From Andalucia godoyi And28 (Eukaryota; Protista; Jakobida), in contig VRVR01000055.1 in assembly GCA_009859145.1 (NCBI GenBank), positions 136,927-200,926 of the forward strand: a DNA stretch of 64,000 bases, in the 5' to 3' direction. Both the position numbers and the translations under genes were made by a program. The notes under the pieces were generated by a model that did no database searches, was not told where the DNA came from, and saw nothing but the letters and a program-made list of their open reading frames with translations. Positions 32,986 through 46,237 of the stretch are shown in pieces. Position 1 is the first letter of the stretch, and each line of letters begins with the position of its first letter.

Positions 32986-34328
32986 TGTGGAATGCGTATA
33001 TGCAGATTTGTCAAAGAATCGATACGGAAAGAAGAAAAAGAAAAGAAAGAAAAAGAAGTTGAATCGCAGAGAAGTTCTTTAAATTCTTCGTCCGCGTGCT
33101 TGCCGCACGGTCGTGTTAGGGTTGCCAAGCCCTAGGTCAGCTCGAGCTTGTTGCATCGGAAAGGGATTTCCGGAAATGCCGAGTCTGCCAGTATGCTTGA
33201 ACAGACCTTCCAAAAGGAGACAGAATGCACAAGGCGAAAAATGCCGAATGACGGACGTGCGGTGTCTGTTTCACGGAGCCACTCGCACTATGATTTTACC
33301 CCGATTCTACACAGGACCGACATCAAAAATGGACAAAATGTGACTCCGCCTGCACGTGGATGTGTATGCAGTCGAGATTCGCCGTTGTCACCTCGCTTGT
33401 CCTGTATCTCATGAGCTACATCAACGGGCTGCAACCACGAGACAATGCACAAACCCATGAATGTGCCCCACTGCTGGACAGACGTCTTCGTGATGATTGA
33501 CATGGTGCTGTGATACGGCGGACCTCAATTAGAGATGTTTGTTACAAGGGTGTGATTTGGTCAGCAAGATCCCGCGACACATGACGTACTGTTTGAGTGA
33601 CACATATGAATAAAACAAATATTTGTCTTATTTGTATTCCACAAGAAAACGAAAGGAAAGCAAACACACAAACACTCAAACAAACACAGACAAGAAAAGA
33701 CAAAAGCGCGAATCCGTTTTGTCTGGCTACGGTAGGCCGCTTACAGCAGACGCACGCCACAACTGCGTGCAATGGTGGCACAAAATTCGGTGTATGCACG
33801 AAGCCGTTTCCGACTCCAACAGATATGACCTGCCGACCTGAGTGAGACAGGATGCGAAAGAGGCAAACCGTTCCTTAAGAACGAGATCGAAGATACAGAC
33901 CGCAGATTTCAGTATTCGGGGACCAGTACAAAAAATGTGGAACTGTCGAGCGTCTTGAAGTGACTGCGCGAAGGCACGCAGGAACGAATGCATGGATGAA
34001 ACGTTTCCTGGTCGCTGTGGCCGACTGAAATGCAGTCTCCTACGATACTGCGACTGCAATGTGCGTAAGGAAGTATCTTGGCGGCGAAATGGAAAAGCCA
34101 AGGCCTCATCACGCACGGGAATCTGCGGACGCGCCGCTGCAAGGTTCTACAGTCGGCTACATTGTATCTGCGCCAAAGATCATGGAAGAACAAATTTATG
34201 GAACGGGTGGCATAATCGAGATTGAACGCGAGATCGATTGCGAGAGCGACAGCGAAGAGGATCGTCAACCAGATAAGTGTTACTGTCGGCGCATAAAAGA
34301 AATGACGAAACACATGAAGAAAGTCTAG

Positions 34329-34528
34329 TGGCATTGGAAGAAAGAACGAACGAACGAACGAAGGTCAGCGGATCCACTTCCGTAAATACTCCAAGATATT
34401 TCGTGTCACTTCAAATGTGACATATCACGCCGACTATCATGCCGATGCCATGTGTGTGACGTGTCATGCCGATCATAACTCTGGTTGAGTCGCTTGAGTC
34501 TCACCTCTACATAAAGACCTCTGTCACA
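34329..34528 (-). repeat. diverged solo-LTR-like copy of 18021-18236
   Basis: Shares GAAGAAAGAA...TCAGC.GA.CC.CTTCC.TAAATACTCC...TGAC.TATCACGCCGACTAT.ATGCCGATGCCA...GAGTCGCTTGAGTC...GTCACA. No TSD seen and the left boundary is approximate. Confidence 0.65.
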
Positions 34529-35528
34529 GATACCTGCACTGACGTACACACACACACATGCTCGGTTTGTACCCAGTCATTATCCAAATGACTACGGCTG
34601 TTGGAGCATACGAACTGTCCATTTCGACATGGGACGGCATGCCCAAAGGAAGAAGCCACGGTCGAGTCATATCCACATATCCTGCTTCTCAGAATTTCGG
34701 CGAGTCGTAGCGAATGTCATGACAATGGCAAACCATTCTTTCGTAGAATCAATAAAGACCCTTGTCTTCCTCGCTAAGCATCCCGGGTGCTCCTCAAAAC
34801 TGGGCACGTAAATAGTGAACCATACTGGAAGACCGGGCCACGATAAAGGCCACACGCAAGAATGATTGGAGTTTGACTAGGCGCTTTCAAAATCCGGCTG
34901 CGCTATCGATATCCCCGCGAAAGAACTCCAGGTACAAATAATCGTGGCACGGCCGAATTCTGCGTCCCGTAGTGTAAGGAACAAGATGATCGTGCCTCGA
35001 TTTTGCCATTGACGCCGTTTCTTTCGTGGATGCGCTATTCGCGAAAAGTCGATTATATTCCGTAGAGAGAATCAAAGGCGAATGCATTGCAACAATTGCT
35101 ATTTCAAAATTTGTTGGCAAGCATTCCGATATATGGGATTGTTTTGTTATTTACGACTATTTAGAAGACTTTGTTTATTCGTGCAAAGCGGAATGCTGTA
35201 GGAGATGCTTATCGCAATAACCGACCTTATGCGTCATTTCCCGTGAAAAAGCGCTTTACAGCCAAAAAGAGATGCGGTGGAACCGAGATCCCCTGGATAT
35301 TCCGAGCACTGTCCTTGACATCACGCAACTTCGATTGAGTCTCTGTGTATACGGCAGACTGGTGCTTGAATATAGTTGACTTCACATTCTACGTACAGTA
35401 GCTTGCATAATCACACCATGTGCAGAAAGAAGCGATATTGGGAGTCAAATGCAATTCACTGATGTTTTCAACGACTGTACCTGTCGACAGAACCGGATCG
35501 CAATGGATCGCACTGACATCCACTATCC

Positions 35529-36113
35529 TTACAGTATCCCCGTTTCCTGCGTCCAAATGCCTGCTTCTGCATCGAGAAATGCCTCCCGCGACTCTTCGAA
35601 CGCATTTGCTCCCTCGGCTTTTTCGGTTGCTTCCGCCTTCTGTACGAGCTCGTCGTGTTCCGAGCATAGGCGCACACGCTTCCGCGCTCTCTTGGTTTCC
35701 TCATTGACGTATTCCTGCAGTGCACCCGCGAGCGTTGTGGGGGAGCCCACTTGCAATTTGCGGTCCAGAAATTCAAGCAGCGATTCTATCTGCGCATCGC
35801 GCCTCGTCGGTACTTGCATAGCAACCGTGTCCATTGTCGCATTCTCGGCATCTGGATTGGTAAACTTTGTGCTCGTAAATCGGCCACCGGTGTTTTCGCG
35901 AACCTGCATGCACAGGTCGATGTCCTTCTTGCTGAACTTTGGACAGTACATCGTCACGACCAGCATTTCCGAAAATTCGCCAGCAAACGGCACCGAGCGA
36001 AACAGCCGATTCACGCCAGCTTCGAGAACCTCCGATTGACGGTCTTTCAGCCTTTTCCGATCCCGGTGTGGAATATTCAATAAAGATGAAATTATACGGG
36101 TCGTCTGCGACAT
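35529..36113 (-). CDS. 194-aa hypothetical protein, paralogue of 10903-11487
   Basis: About 80% amino-acid identity, same length, same position upstream of a topo II segment. Confidence 0.7.
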   Translation of the reverse strand: MSQTTRIISSLLNIPHRDRKRLKDRQSEVLEAGVNRLFRSVPFAGEFSEMLVVTMYCPKFSKKDIDLCMQVRENTGGRFTSTKFTNPDAENATMDTVAMQVPTRRDAQIESLLEFLDRKLQVGSPTTLAGALQEYVNEETKRARKRVRLCSEHDELVQKAEATEKAEGANAFEESREAFLDAEAGIWTQETGIL

Positions 36114-36198
36114 TTTCCCTCGCGTATTTGAGAGAAATGGAAGAAGAAAAAAGGTAGACGAGCACGATTTGGGCGAGTCTGAAATTGGGTGGGTATCT

Positions 36199-36276
36199 TG
36201 CACTGCAACGGACTTTGGAGTGCAAGATTGCACAAAGTTGCATGAAAATGCAGTGAAAATGCAATGCAATATTGCA
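36199..36276. repeat. cluster of nine TGCA motifs, probable hAT subterminal repeats
   Basis: TGCA at 36199, 36204, 36221, 36229, 36239, 36249, 36260, 36265 and 36273. It lies where homology to the first cassette ends, about 200 bp upstream of the hAT ORF. Confidence 0.5.
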
Positions 36277-36468
36277 GCTTCTTAAGCGGTTCCGATTGCC
36301 CGCCATTTTGGCCGCCGCAATTTCCCGCGCTTTCACTTCTGGCCTCTCTGGCCAAATGCCTCAAATTTCCTGCTCGACATCTCCAGTTTGAATTGTTGTT
36401 GTTGATTTTGTTTCGTTGTTCGTGGTTTTTAATTTGTCTTTTGTTTGGACATTTCTTGACATCAGAAC

Positions 36469-38085
36469 ATGTCTGTTGCAGAGTCATCTTCAAACGAAAC
36501 AGGACGGGATTCGCAGGCCCGTATTGCTCCTGTGGGACACAAATCAAAGTCTTCTGTTTTCAAACATGTGGTGTACGCTGGAGGTGAGAAAAGACCCTGC
36601 AGAAAACCAGGGGAAGGGACCTTGGAAGTGTAAACACTGTGGACTATCTGTTCCAGGATCCGATAATCCGACCCGAGTGTGCGCACACTTCATCACCTGT
36701 AAGAACATTCCCGCAAGTGACTTGGCTGTCTTGTCCAAGCAGCACAGCTCCATTTTTGGACGCGTTGTTTTTTCCCCAAGTTCGAACAACTCGCAATCGT
36801 TTTCGTCGTCGTCGTTGACAATTAGAGAAGAATGTCGCTTGGTTGAGAGTCGTCGACGAGTGCTGACATCAGACGCAAGTTACACCACAGAACCAGTGAA
36901 GAAAGTTTTCCGCCAGTCGTCAATCATGTCTTCGACTGTGTCCATTTCCCGTCCTGCCTGGGATGCCTTTGTGCGACACTTTGTGAAAGCAATGTACCAG
37001 TGCAACGTTCCGTTCAGGTTCATTGAAAATGAACAACTGAAATTCGCATTCGACAGTCTCGGTGTCACTTCAAGATCAGAGTCATTCCCTGCACTGCCGA
37101 CTCGCCGAGCGGTCGCTGGTCCACTGTTGAATGAAATGTACCAGGAATGCAAGTTTACTTTCGCAGACGCTTGTTTGAAGGCCCGATGGCTGAGCGTGTC
37201 GACCGATTCCTGGACAAACGCTGCAGACGCTGCAGTGGTCAATTTCATCGTGCACACACCCGCGCCCCTTTTCTTCGATTCCGTTTTCACCGGAGACCAC
37301 AATCAAGATGCAGAGTATTTGGCCAACGTCATACATGAAAAGATGAGAGAAATCACCCAACATGCGTGCGATGGAGAAGACAAGTGGAGTGCAATCGTCA
37401 CAGACAACTGCAACACAATGAAGAAAGTATGGAGATTACTGAAACAAAAGATGCCCAAGCTAGCAGCCATTGGCTGTGCAGCTCACATTACACATCTTCT
37501 CTTGAAGGATATCTGTCGAGACTTGCCGTGGCTTGCCGCAAGTATTGACTATTGTAACGACTTGACGTCGTTTTTTAGTCGGAAAAAATTGCTGTGGAAG
37601 AGAATCGAGACGCAATGCGGCGCGAGGAAACGTCTACAAGCATCTGTCTCGACAAGATGGGCCAGTCAACACACATGCATTGCGAGTGTGATTGCAAATG
37701 AAGATGCACTTCGTCAGGCCGCTGCACGGGCAGAGATGCAGGTAGAACTAGGACATCGTGCCGCTTCGTTGGTCATGAACAGCTTTTGGCAGGAATTACG
37801 CAAGGCCGAATGCTTCTTGCGTGAGTTTGCAATCGTCATCGCTTTCTTGGAAAGTGATTTGTCGGTGCTTTCCGATGCATTTGTCCTGTGGGACCACCTG
37901 AATCTCCACTGTGCGTCTGTTCTGTCGGCAGAGGATGCTGCTGGAGCAGAAACCAAGCTACTCCAGCGGTGGAAGGCGTACCTGCATCGACCAGAGATTG
38001 TCGCCGCGGTCTTTCTTGATCCGCGTTTTCACCGAATGTACTTTGATTCTTCCGTCGTGGACGAAGGTGTTTCAGCACTGGCTGG
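36469..38085 (+). mobile_element. hAT-superfamily transposase with BED finger, 3'-truncated
   Basis: Start MSVAESS..HKSKSSVFKHV, +1 at A-run 36589-92, then WKCKHC...CAHFITC (BED), FRFIEN, PTRRAV, SVSTDSWT (first catalytic D), AIVTDN (second D), CAAHITHL (CxxH), STRWAS and FLDPRF. The C-terminal dimerisation domain and catalytic E are absent because the sequence runs into topo II DNA. Confidence 0.9.
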
Positions 38086-39114
38086 ACACCATGGTATGCA
38101 GGTTTCACGGGGGAGATCGTTCCTCCTGAAGGAGCTCCGTGTTCATGGGCAAACTTTGGCCGCGTGAAGCGCGATGGCCCGCACACGCTGCAGATTTCGG
38201 AGCTTCCGATTCATACATGGGTTCAGCCGATGTTTGAGCAGTTGCAGAGGTGGATGGTGGACCGCAGCTTGAAGAACAAGGTCGGTCCATTTCACGATGC
38301 GCAGAATCTCAGCGAAGAGAATCGCGTATGCCTGCACATCCAGTTCCATAATTCAGAAGATGCCAAAGACTTGATGCGTCGCGATGTATACAAGCTGATG
38401 AGACTGCAAAGACAGGTGTCATTTTCAAATGTCCACCTGTTTTCAACGGACAGAGAGGGCCTTCGAATTCGCAAGTTCGCGCACCCATGTGACGTCCTTC
38501 GCGTCTTTGTGCCTGCTCGACTGGAATTGTATCGCCGTCGCAAGCAGATGATTCTCGAGCAAAAATGGTCAGAAGCAGCTCGACGTCGAAGCATTGTGCA
38601 GTATGTTGAGAATCGCTCCTTGGTGCAGAAAGTGGTGCGCGCGAACCTCGATGGACTTGATCCATCACCCGATCTGGAAGCAGCAGGGCTTGCAAGAGTG
38701 AACGGGTCGTTCGACTATTTGCTGCGTGGTCTGAATGTAGCGTCGGTGCGGGTGGAGGAGGTGCGGGTGCGAGCGTCTGCCAGTGAAGAAGTATGTCGAG
38801 AGTTGGAGTCCAGGGGTGCAGAGCAGATGTGGATCGCCGAATTGGACCGTTTCATGCAAGAATGGAAAGCTCGAATGCCGGAGACCGTTGTGGAGGGCGC
38901 GAAGTTGCCGCGGAAACAGAAGACAATGCAAGCGCCTCCGGTTATGAAGCCGCCGAAACTTGAAAAACCGGTAGCTCTTGGAAACACGAAGGAGCGCATT
39001 GCGTCGCTGTTTTCGAAGAAGCAGGCCGGTCCACGGAAAAGAGCGCGCAAGGATATGTCATCCGACGAAGATGATTTCGAAGACGACTTTGGTGTCGCTG
39101 ATTTGCATGACTAA
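38075..39114 (+). pseudogene. TOP2: duplicated C-terminal quarter of type IIA topoisomerase
   Basis: About 38165-39080 is almost identical to about 14480-15400. The 5' ~80 bp (WTPWYAGFTGEIVPPEGAPC vs WAPWYAGFTGEIVPFDGTPC) and the last codons (FGVADLHD vs LSVPDMYE) are diverged. Confidence 0.92.
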
Positions 39115-41426
39115 AGCAAGGAATGCTCGCTGAAAACGTGGATTCTGCTGTGCTTTATTCGGTACAAGACATTTATATCCGAAATGCTCTGTAGCATTTA
39201 CAACGTGTCCTACCGCGATTTATGTCCGAAACTCCTGCACTGGCTTTGGCTGGCTCCTTTTTTCTGTTTCAACTCTTTTGCTTGGGTTCCTTGATGCTGC
39301 TGATTGCGGTTTTCTTCGAATCATATCCCAGTGCGCAGACAGATTGAGATTGCGTACATGACGATGTCACCTGTTTCTGGATTTCGAGCAGCGATACCTC
39401 CATTTGTAGTCGTGCTCTTCGATGTTCAAATTCAGATTCTCTCCACGGAAATGTGCTTGCGAATTTCGTGCGTGATGCTGTTCAACTGATTGAATGAGTG
39501 CGTATCCAGCTTTGGCTCATTTTCTCAGAGAACGGTGTTTGCTCGGACAATCCACAAGAACTCGATGTGGCTGTGCGTTATTCTCTGACTCGGTGATGTG
39601 ATTTGCTCAACAATAACTCGCAGCATAAAACACCGCAGGTCGGCTCTAGCTGAATCCAGTATGGAGAACAGGGTCTGATCAAGAAGTCGGTGATCGGATC
39701 TGTTATACAGAGGTCGAAAAACGCACATTTCAAGGATCATAAAATGCAAATGGCAGGGTCCGCTTGTCCGTGGAAACGTCCGCATAGAGGAACATGCAGT
39801 GTCTTCCGAGAGATCTGATTCAAGGAGTTGGAGATGCGAGTTTGCACAAGATCTTGCTTCATGTGCAAGCATGCACAAAGAGGCCCAGCGCGAGAAGTGA
39901 TTCGGATAACGTGTGCGTTGTATTTAGGGGTATTTGCCGTAAGAGGGTACTTCACCGTCTCCTTCGGCAAATTATTCGTGTACTGATTCATCCAAAACAT
40001 AGATACCCACAAGTATGCATTCTCGTCAATGCGCTGAGCCTTATGAAACGGCGCGGCTTTTTCCGCAAACGAGTTCTTGATTTGCGAAAGGAGGGTGATA
40101 GACAATTCAAAAGACTCCATGGCTTTTCTAGTGCATTCAAAAAACTGAGGTTATTTAGCGGGGGGCATGGTCAGTCGCTGGCAGTTCCTTACGTAAAATA
40201 TCCAGGTATATGCCTGTTCCTGTGCCATTCAAACCAAGGTCGGCTGCATTTAAAACAAATGTCAACCGATCGGTGTTTCAATGTCGCCGCACGAGGAACG
40301 GCCATGCGATCGATTACCATGTCTAGAAAAACGCCATCACTGCTGATTATCACGACACAAGAAGGGACATTTGACGTGGATCGCGCAGACTTGGGAAAAG
40401 CAATCGATCATCGGTTTTATGCAGGAACTGTTGTGTGCGTCTGAGAAACCCTTGCACTGATTTTCATTGCTGCTGTTGAGCTCCAGACTTCGCAAAATCT
40501 CGTGGAAACGTTCATTTCAAACGGTACCGTTGATGTACAGGCCGTTGCAGATTATCTTCAAGAAAAAGCATTCCCTGATGGAAGTGAGAAAGTCATTTCT
40601 GATGCCACATGGGGCGTGATAGAGAAAGAGCTGATGCCTGCAGAGACAGTGCGTGCCGTGTCTGGATTGCTCGTTTCGTAAAACAGTCCAAACAAACCGT
40701 CGTCGCTGTCTGAAAGTCAAAGGCCTCTCAAAATTTGTACGTCGCCGGCTCTTTAAAAACTTCAAATATGTGCAATCATGACATAGTTCGACATTTCCGC
40801 TTGGAAGAATACCGATCCGAAGAAACGAACCGTATTCTTTTGAATCGTAATGATGCACTTACATCCTGCTTGCGCTTTCCGATCCAGCTTTGCGGTAGGC
40901 CAAAAAGAGTTTCTGGAACACACCTGAACGTGTCTCGGGAATGCCCTGCAGCACAGCTAGTACACAGAGACCCTACGAAGCGATCGACATCAGTCCCATC
41001 CTGTATCTGCAAGAACAACAAGGGACCTTGGATGCTCTCCAAATATCCATCAAAAAAACGTCAAACAGTGAATGCCTCTTTTCCGGCGATGACAGTCATC
41101 GACAGCGTTTTTCGTGCCACATAAAGAATCGCGCTATCGTTGCGGTCGATTTCGGTGCTCCGATCGGCAACATGATCGCGCCTCTCGACGAAATCTCGAT
41201 TTCGGTCATGACCTCCCACCACCTGCAACAAGCAACCACAGGCCTCCTTGATGTTTGACGAATACGGGTACACTCCCGACCTCATTTGCTTGGCAATGAT
41301 CCAGCGCGGTGGGTGACACCGCACCTTGTCGACTTGCCAAAGTCATAGTGCTCTGTAGAACGAATGAATCATTTGCAGGACGCGTTTTCGAAATGTAAGT
41401 TAAACACCCATAAATGCAGGCAAAAT

Positions 41427-44400
41427 TCAGTCCCATATCTCTGCGTCTGAGTCACCGTCGTCTTGACATCCAAGCGCGTTTGTGTTGGGGATCAACATAT
41501 TCTGGCTATTTGCATGTGTGCTCGAGCTTGCAGTGTCCTCCACAGACAGCTGATTGGAGTGTGTTCGCGACCACTCCTGCGCCGAGATGATTCCCATTCT
41601 CACTTTGCCACTCATGGAAATGCTTTCGATGGTTTCTGCACTATCCTCCGGAACAGTGAGCGCTCTCGCGCGTTTTGTTCTAGACACTTCGCGCCTGTGT
41701 TGTTCCGGTGTCAATCCTGTTCGAATCTCTCTGACTCTTCTGCTGTATTCCTCGATGAATGTTTCTGGATAATGCTTCTGGGTTTGCGCATTCGGCGACC
41801 TCCGATCATCTTCTGCCAAACGACGCATAACTCCCACCGAATCATGCTTGCCAAATTCGTCGTCCCTTCTTTCGTCCGATAAAAAAATCTTGTTGGCTTT
41901 GAAATGCATTGCCATGCAATGGAAATTGATATCACATGCCGGGATCGACACTATGCCACCTTCTTCATAATTGTTGTCCATATCGTTGAGCGCGCTAAAT
42001 CGATGAATTGCATTTCGTTTTCCAACGACACCGTCTGCCCGTTGCTGTTCTTCGTCTGATTGGAAATGTTGATGAATTTCGGGAATTGGCAGTATGTAGA
42101 GGAATGGGGTTGCAGATACAGGATCTTTTGCGGCACGGTGTGTTTGTCCTGGCATACCTCAGCAACGCACTGCATGACCTTGTCATATCCAAGAAGCCTG
42201 GCCACCACTCTCGAGAAATCATAGTCTTCCAACAAAACATGATCGCGGTACTTCAACAACTCGGAAACCAGGACGGTAACGTGCATCTTTGCATCCGGAC
42301 CGTTCGGGTCCTTGATCTTCACCTTATGCACAATGGGTATCTTGGCGCGTGGTTTTGATGCATCGATTTCAGCCGGATTGACCCGTACCGAGTTTGCATC
42401 GAATTCGTTTTCAAATGCCAACGGGCGCTTGAAAGTGTATTCCTCGACTTTCTGGTGCCTAAATTCCTTCAAGATCTTCCGAAGACTCTGGTCGCTCATG
42501 TCCACGTTTGCGTCAGTAAAGAGCTCCTTGAGTTCTTCGAACAACGACGCTTCGTCGCCAAAATCAATGTAGTTGTAGTACACTTCCAGTCGATTCTGAC
42601 GCGCGGTCCCAGCATTGCTGTTATGTTGGTTGGTGTTCACATCGACATCCGGCGCTGTATCTCGAGACGCCGCCGCTTTTTTGTGTAGATAATCATGCTG
42701 CCCACCACCAGAATTCAACTGCCTATGATACAACACTGATAATGCAGCCATGACGGTCGAATGATGCGTCGACTGGATCTGATCTTCCAACAACGAAATT
42801 GCGAGTACGAAGTGATGGATGCGCGAATAACATCTTGCATGAACTGCGTTCATCGCATCAAGCACCTCAAATTTGTTGTAATATTGCGACGATTCAACAA
42901 AGTACACCGCGAGAATGGTCTCCATTATGGTGATCACGCGCGCCATCTGAGCGATTTGATCGGCCTTGCGCAACATGAATCCTTTGATGTTTGCTTTTTG
43001 GATGGCAGCGAGCAACGCGTTGGTTCGATTGGCGATGAGATCTTCTAACGGCTGTGCTTCGAAAAAGTCGATGAACAGAAGCATTTCATACAGAATAAAC
43101 ATAGCTTCAACCGATTTCAGCATGTTTCGGAAGTGTTCTTGATCATCTTTTTCAGACTGTTTCATGCGCGTCTCGGCTTCCTTGGCGTCACCTGCCGAGC
43201 CCATCTCGCGACGGAGTCCCGTGCGCGACAGCAGAAGAAGACGCTGGATCTCAGGAGAATCAAGCCGTCCAGAGATATCCGAGTTCGTGCACACGATCTC
43301 GACACGATCATCGAGCGTTAGAAACGCCTTTGATTTCCGGTCTCCATTGCTTGTATCACATACAATCGTGACTGACTTTTGATTGGTCTTCCCGTTCTTC
43401 CAGCGATTCATGACGCCCGAGCGCTTCTCAATGCCGACCCAGCCGTAATCTGCCACATACTCCGACGTGCCTTGCTTGTTGGTGCGGGAGTCTGGCCGAT
43501 CGCCCGTGTTGCTGTGGAAGAGCAGGCGATCCACAAGGAACGACTTTCCGATGTCTTCTGGGCCGCAAATGAGCGGGTGCACTCGCAATGTGTCTCCGAT
43601 CTTACTGGTGTTGTATCCGGTGAAGATGGCAAGCCAGCACGTCAGGAAGTCGAAGTGCGAGTTGGACACAAACTCATAACGTGTCAGATTGTCGAAGTAG
43701 TATGCAAAGAAGTTTTCGATGATACTGAGACTGGGGTCGACGACTTTGACTGCAAAGGGCTTGCGACTCAGGTCTTCCTTCGAGATCATTTTCCAGTGTG
43801 CGACCGTTTTCTTGGCCCCCGATGAAAGTGCCGCTTGCGGATTGCTGATTGTTCGAATAAACATCTTCATCCGATCATTGGAAAATGCTATCTCCTGTGC
43901 AGCCGTCTTGACGCTCGCTCGATGTTCGCGAGTGGATGTACGCAATTTGTAGAGATCGGTGAATTCAAACGTTTCCAGTATCTTTTCATCCGTGATGGTC
44001 TCCGTCGTTGCGTAATGCCGATTGTCCATTGGTTTCAACAAATGTACCTGGTCCTCGCTGTATCCTCCCAAAAACTCGCGGCCAAGTTGATCAATCTGGT
44101 TCTGACGCCTGATGCGCAACTGGCGAAGTTGCTCGCTATCCATGTTCTGCGCCATTTCACTACGTTCGCGAACGAAGGTCTGGAGGAACTCCTCCTGCTG
44201 CTGAGTGTCGGTATCCATTTCCGCATCGCGAGTTTCGAAGGCTACGTGGGGCATGAGACGCATCTTGATGTCATCCCATGTCATTCCGACATCCGGGGGA
44301 ACGAACACCACGCAGTTTTGCTTGGGAAACTTGATATGCATCCTTCCTGCGAAACCGCCGGCAACATAGTGCAACGGGTCTGTCTGGGGATTGTTGACTT

Positions 44401-44941
44401 CACAGAGACCAAGCGAATCAAATGTGGCCAACATGCCGAACATTGTGATCGGGTTGAAGATCCCTCCGTAGTCTTTGATCATGCCTTCCTTCACCCCCAC
44501 GATTTTCGTCCTGTCCACCTCGATCCCGTTGACACGCTGGACATGTTTTGCCCAGTCCTCGATTCTAGTGATCGTGGGAACTTCGTTGACATCTGAGCGG
44601 AATTTTTTGCGAGGAGGTCCTGTTTGGGACCGTGTCCCAAACATCATGTCTCTCGTCATTCCAGCAAAGGAAGTATTCATCGGTTCTCCCGAACTTCCGT
44701 TGATGACCTGCACTAACGCGGCCCCAGGCGATGGAAATTCGTGGATGGATTGGAAAAAGAAGAAGATTCTGAGCTGGCGAAACACGCCGTTTGAATCTAG
44801 AACCGATTCAACGTACGTTTCGGCTCCAACCATGGGTCCGTCTGCTTGAGATGGTGCAAGAACCTCGGAAGGGGTGGATTTTGCAGCAGCGCCGCGATAC
44901 TTCGTCACAGCCAATGCCATTGTGTTGTACACATATGGCAT
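41427..44941 (-). CDS. large P-loop AAA+ NTPase, SF3/MCM-like putative replicative helicase (virus-like); frameshift near 42000
   Basis: 996-aa ORF with RVHPLICGPEDIGKS (Walker A), EIVCTN (sensor-1/motif C-like), SPEIQRLLLL (Arg-finger-like) and MLRKADQIAQMAR (sensor-2-like). No clear Walker B. Overlapping ORF 41427-42155 probably supplies the C-terminus. Confidence 0.6.
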
Positions 44942-46237
44942 CGACTCGCCTACATTGCTTCCCGATGCAAAGTCGCCTATGGTCTTGCCACTGAGCTCAG
45001 ACGCCGGGATTTAAGGACGACAACATGAGCCACGTCCTTCAAAGGGTTTTGAGGACGGGTCCATGCGATAGAAGAACGCATGCCCCATGTGTTGGGGACC
45101 CATTTTGCAGCTGGGAGGGACGTGACTGACATGATATTCACTCTGCAAATCTAGCTGAAAGCAAACTGTGTACCGAACAAAAAGAAAACGAAAACGAAAG
45201 AAGAAGGGGAAAAAAGCGTCCGGATCGTTTTTATAGGACTCGACTCCAAACCCTAGCACTCTGCCAACCCTGGGCATCAACAATGCTAGCCGTCGGCAAC
45301 CCTAATGGACATAACCCTATGGAATCCTTCTTCGTATATCAATGGAACACATCAGCAGCACCGCCCTATGGAAAAGTCGTCGACTGCGGGTCCTCTGGTC
45401 TTTGAAACCTGCAGTCTCGTCCAGAAAAGGTGTGAGTGCATGCAGTTCCTGTGGCACTGTGGATATCTGGATCCAGTCAGCTTCTGATTCTGTTTGTATG
45501 CAAGACTGTCCTTTTGGAGACTATGTCCTACTATCAGAAGAACTGTACATAGAGCTGCAGATATGGAGGCTGCATCTATTTGTATTCAGTCAGCACTGGT
45601 ACGGGTCCGGTGCATATGCACGCTGGACTTACAAACAAAACATGATTGATGATATTCTAAAACGGACATTCGTAAACTCTGTGTGTCGTCGAGAGCTTTG
45701 TACTCTCCATTCGGCGATCTCATTCTCGCATTTTGTTCCGATGAAAGCGAACAATGTGGAAGTGGAGAGGAAGGTATTTCATACTCCACACAAACACTTC
45801 TCAAGGTCGGTACGGACGAGCATGATCTCGCAGCAGAGCGGTCCACCGGACGTGCAGCCCACTCGCTGATGCTTGATACGAGACCCTTTCATGTATTCTC
45901 TCGCTTCTTGGCAGCAAGCTCTTCGTTCCGTTACGCTCAATTGTTTTTGTTTTGTTTTTTTTCAAATTCGAACCAATCGCTCCATATTCAAATGACAGAT
46001 GCTTTCATCGCTGTACTAGTAGCGCACGGCCCTGTGATGGCCTCTTTCGTCCCTTACCGTGGTCGGTGTTTCCTCTGTGCCGCCTTTTCTCTGTGTTGGC
46101 TCATGGAATCTACAGTGGAACTCCCTGTTTCTGCTGTTGCACTCTGCAGAGATGAGTGATTGCATGCTCTGCAGGCTCCAGCTGATGCGTCTTATGTGAA
46201 TTCAGGATGCCTCGATAGAATGCACACTCCTGCAGCA

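Noticed and set aside
38075-38167. In-frame hAT transposase-topoisomerase II fusion protein
   Set aside because: The hAT ORF and the topo II C-terminal ORF are in different frames, and the hAT frame stops at 38165-38167. The junction looks like a deletion.
39999-40012. Right TIR of the hAT element (AGATACCCAC vs GTGGGTATCT at ~36189)
   Set aside because: Only a 10-bp match, no TSD, and it lies inside another decayed ORF; compatible with chance.
39525-41258. Fragments resembling WD40 or other domains
   Set aside because: Short ORFs on both strands with stops and no coherent motif; probably decayed coding DNA, but no product can be supported.
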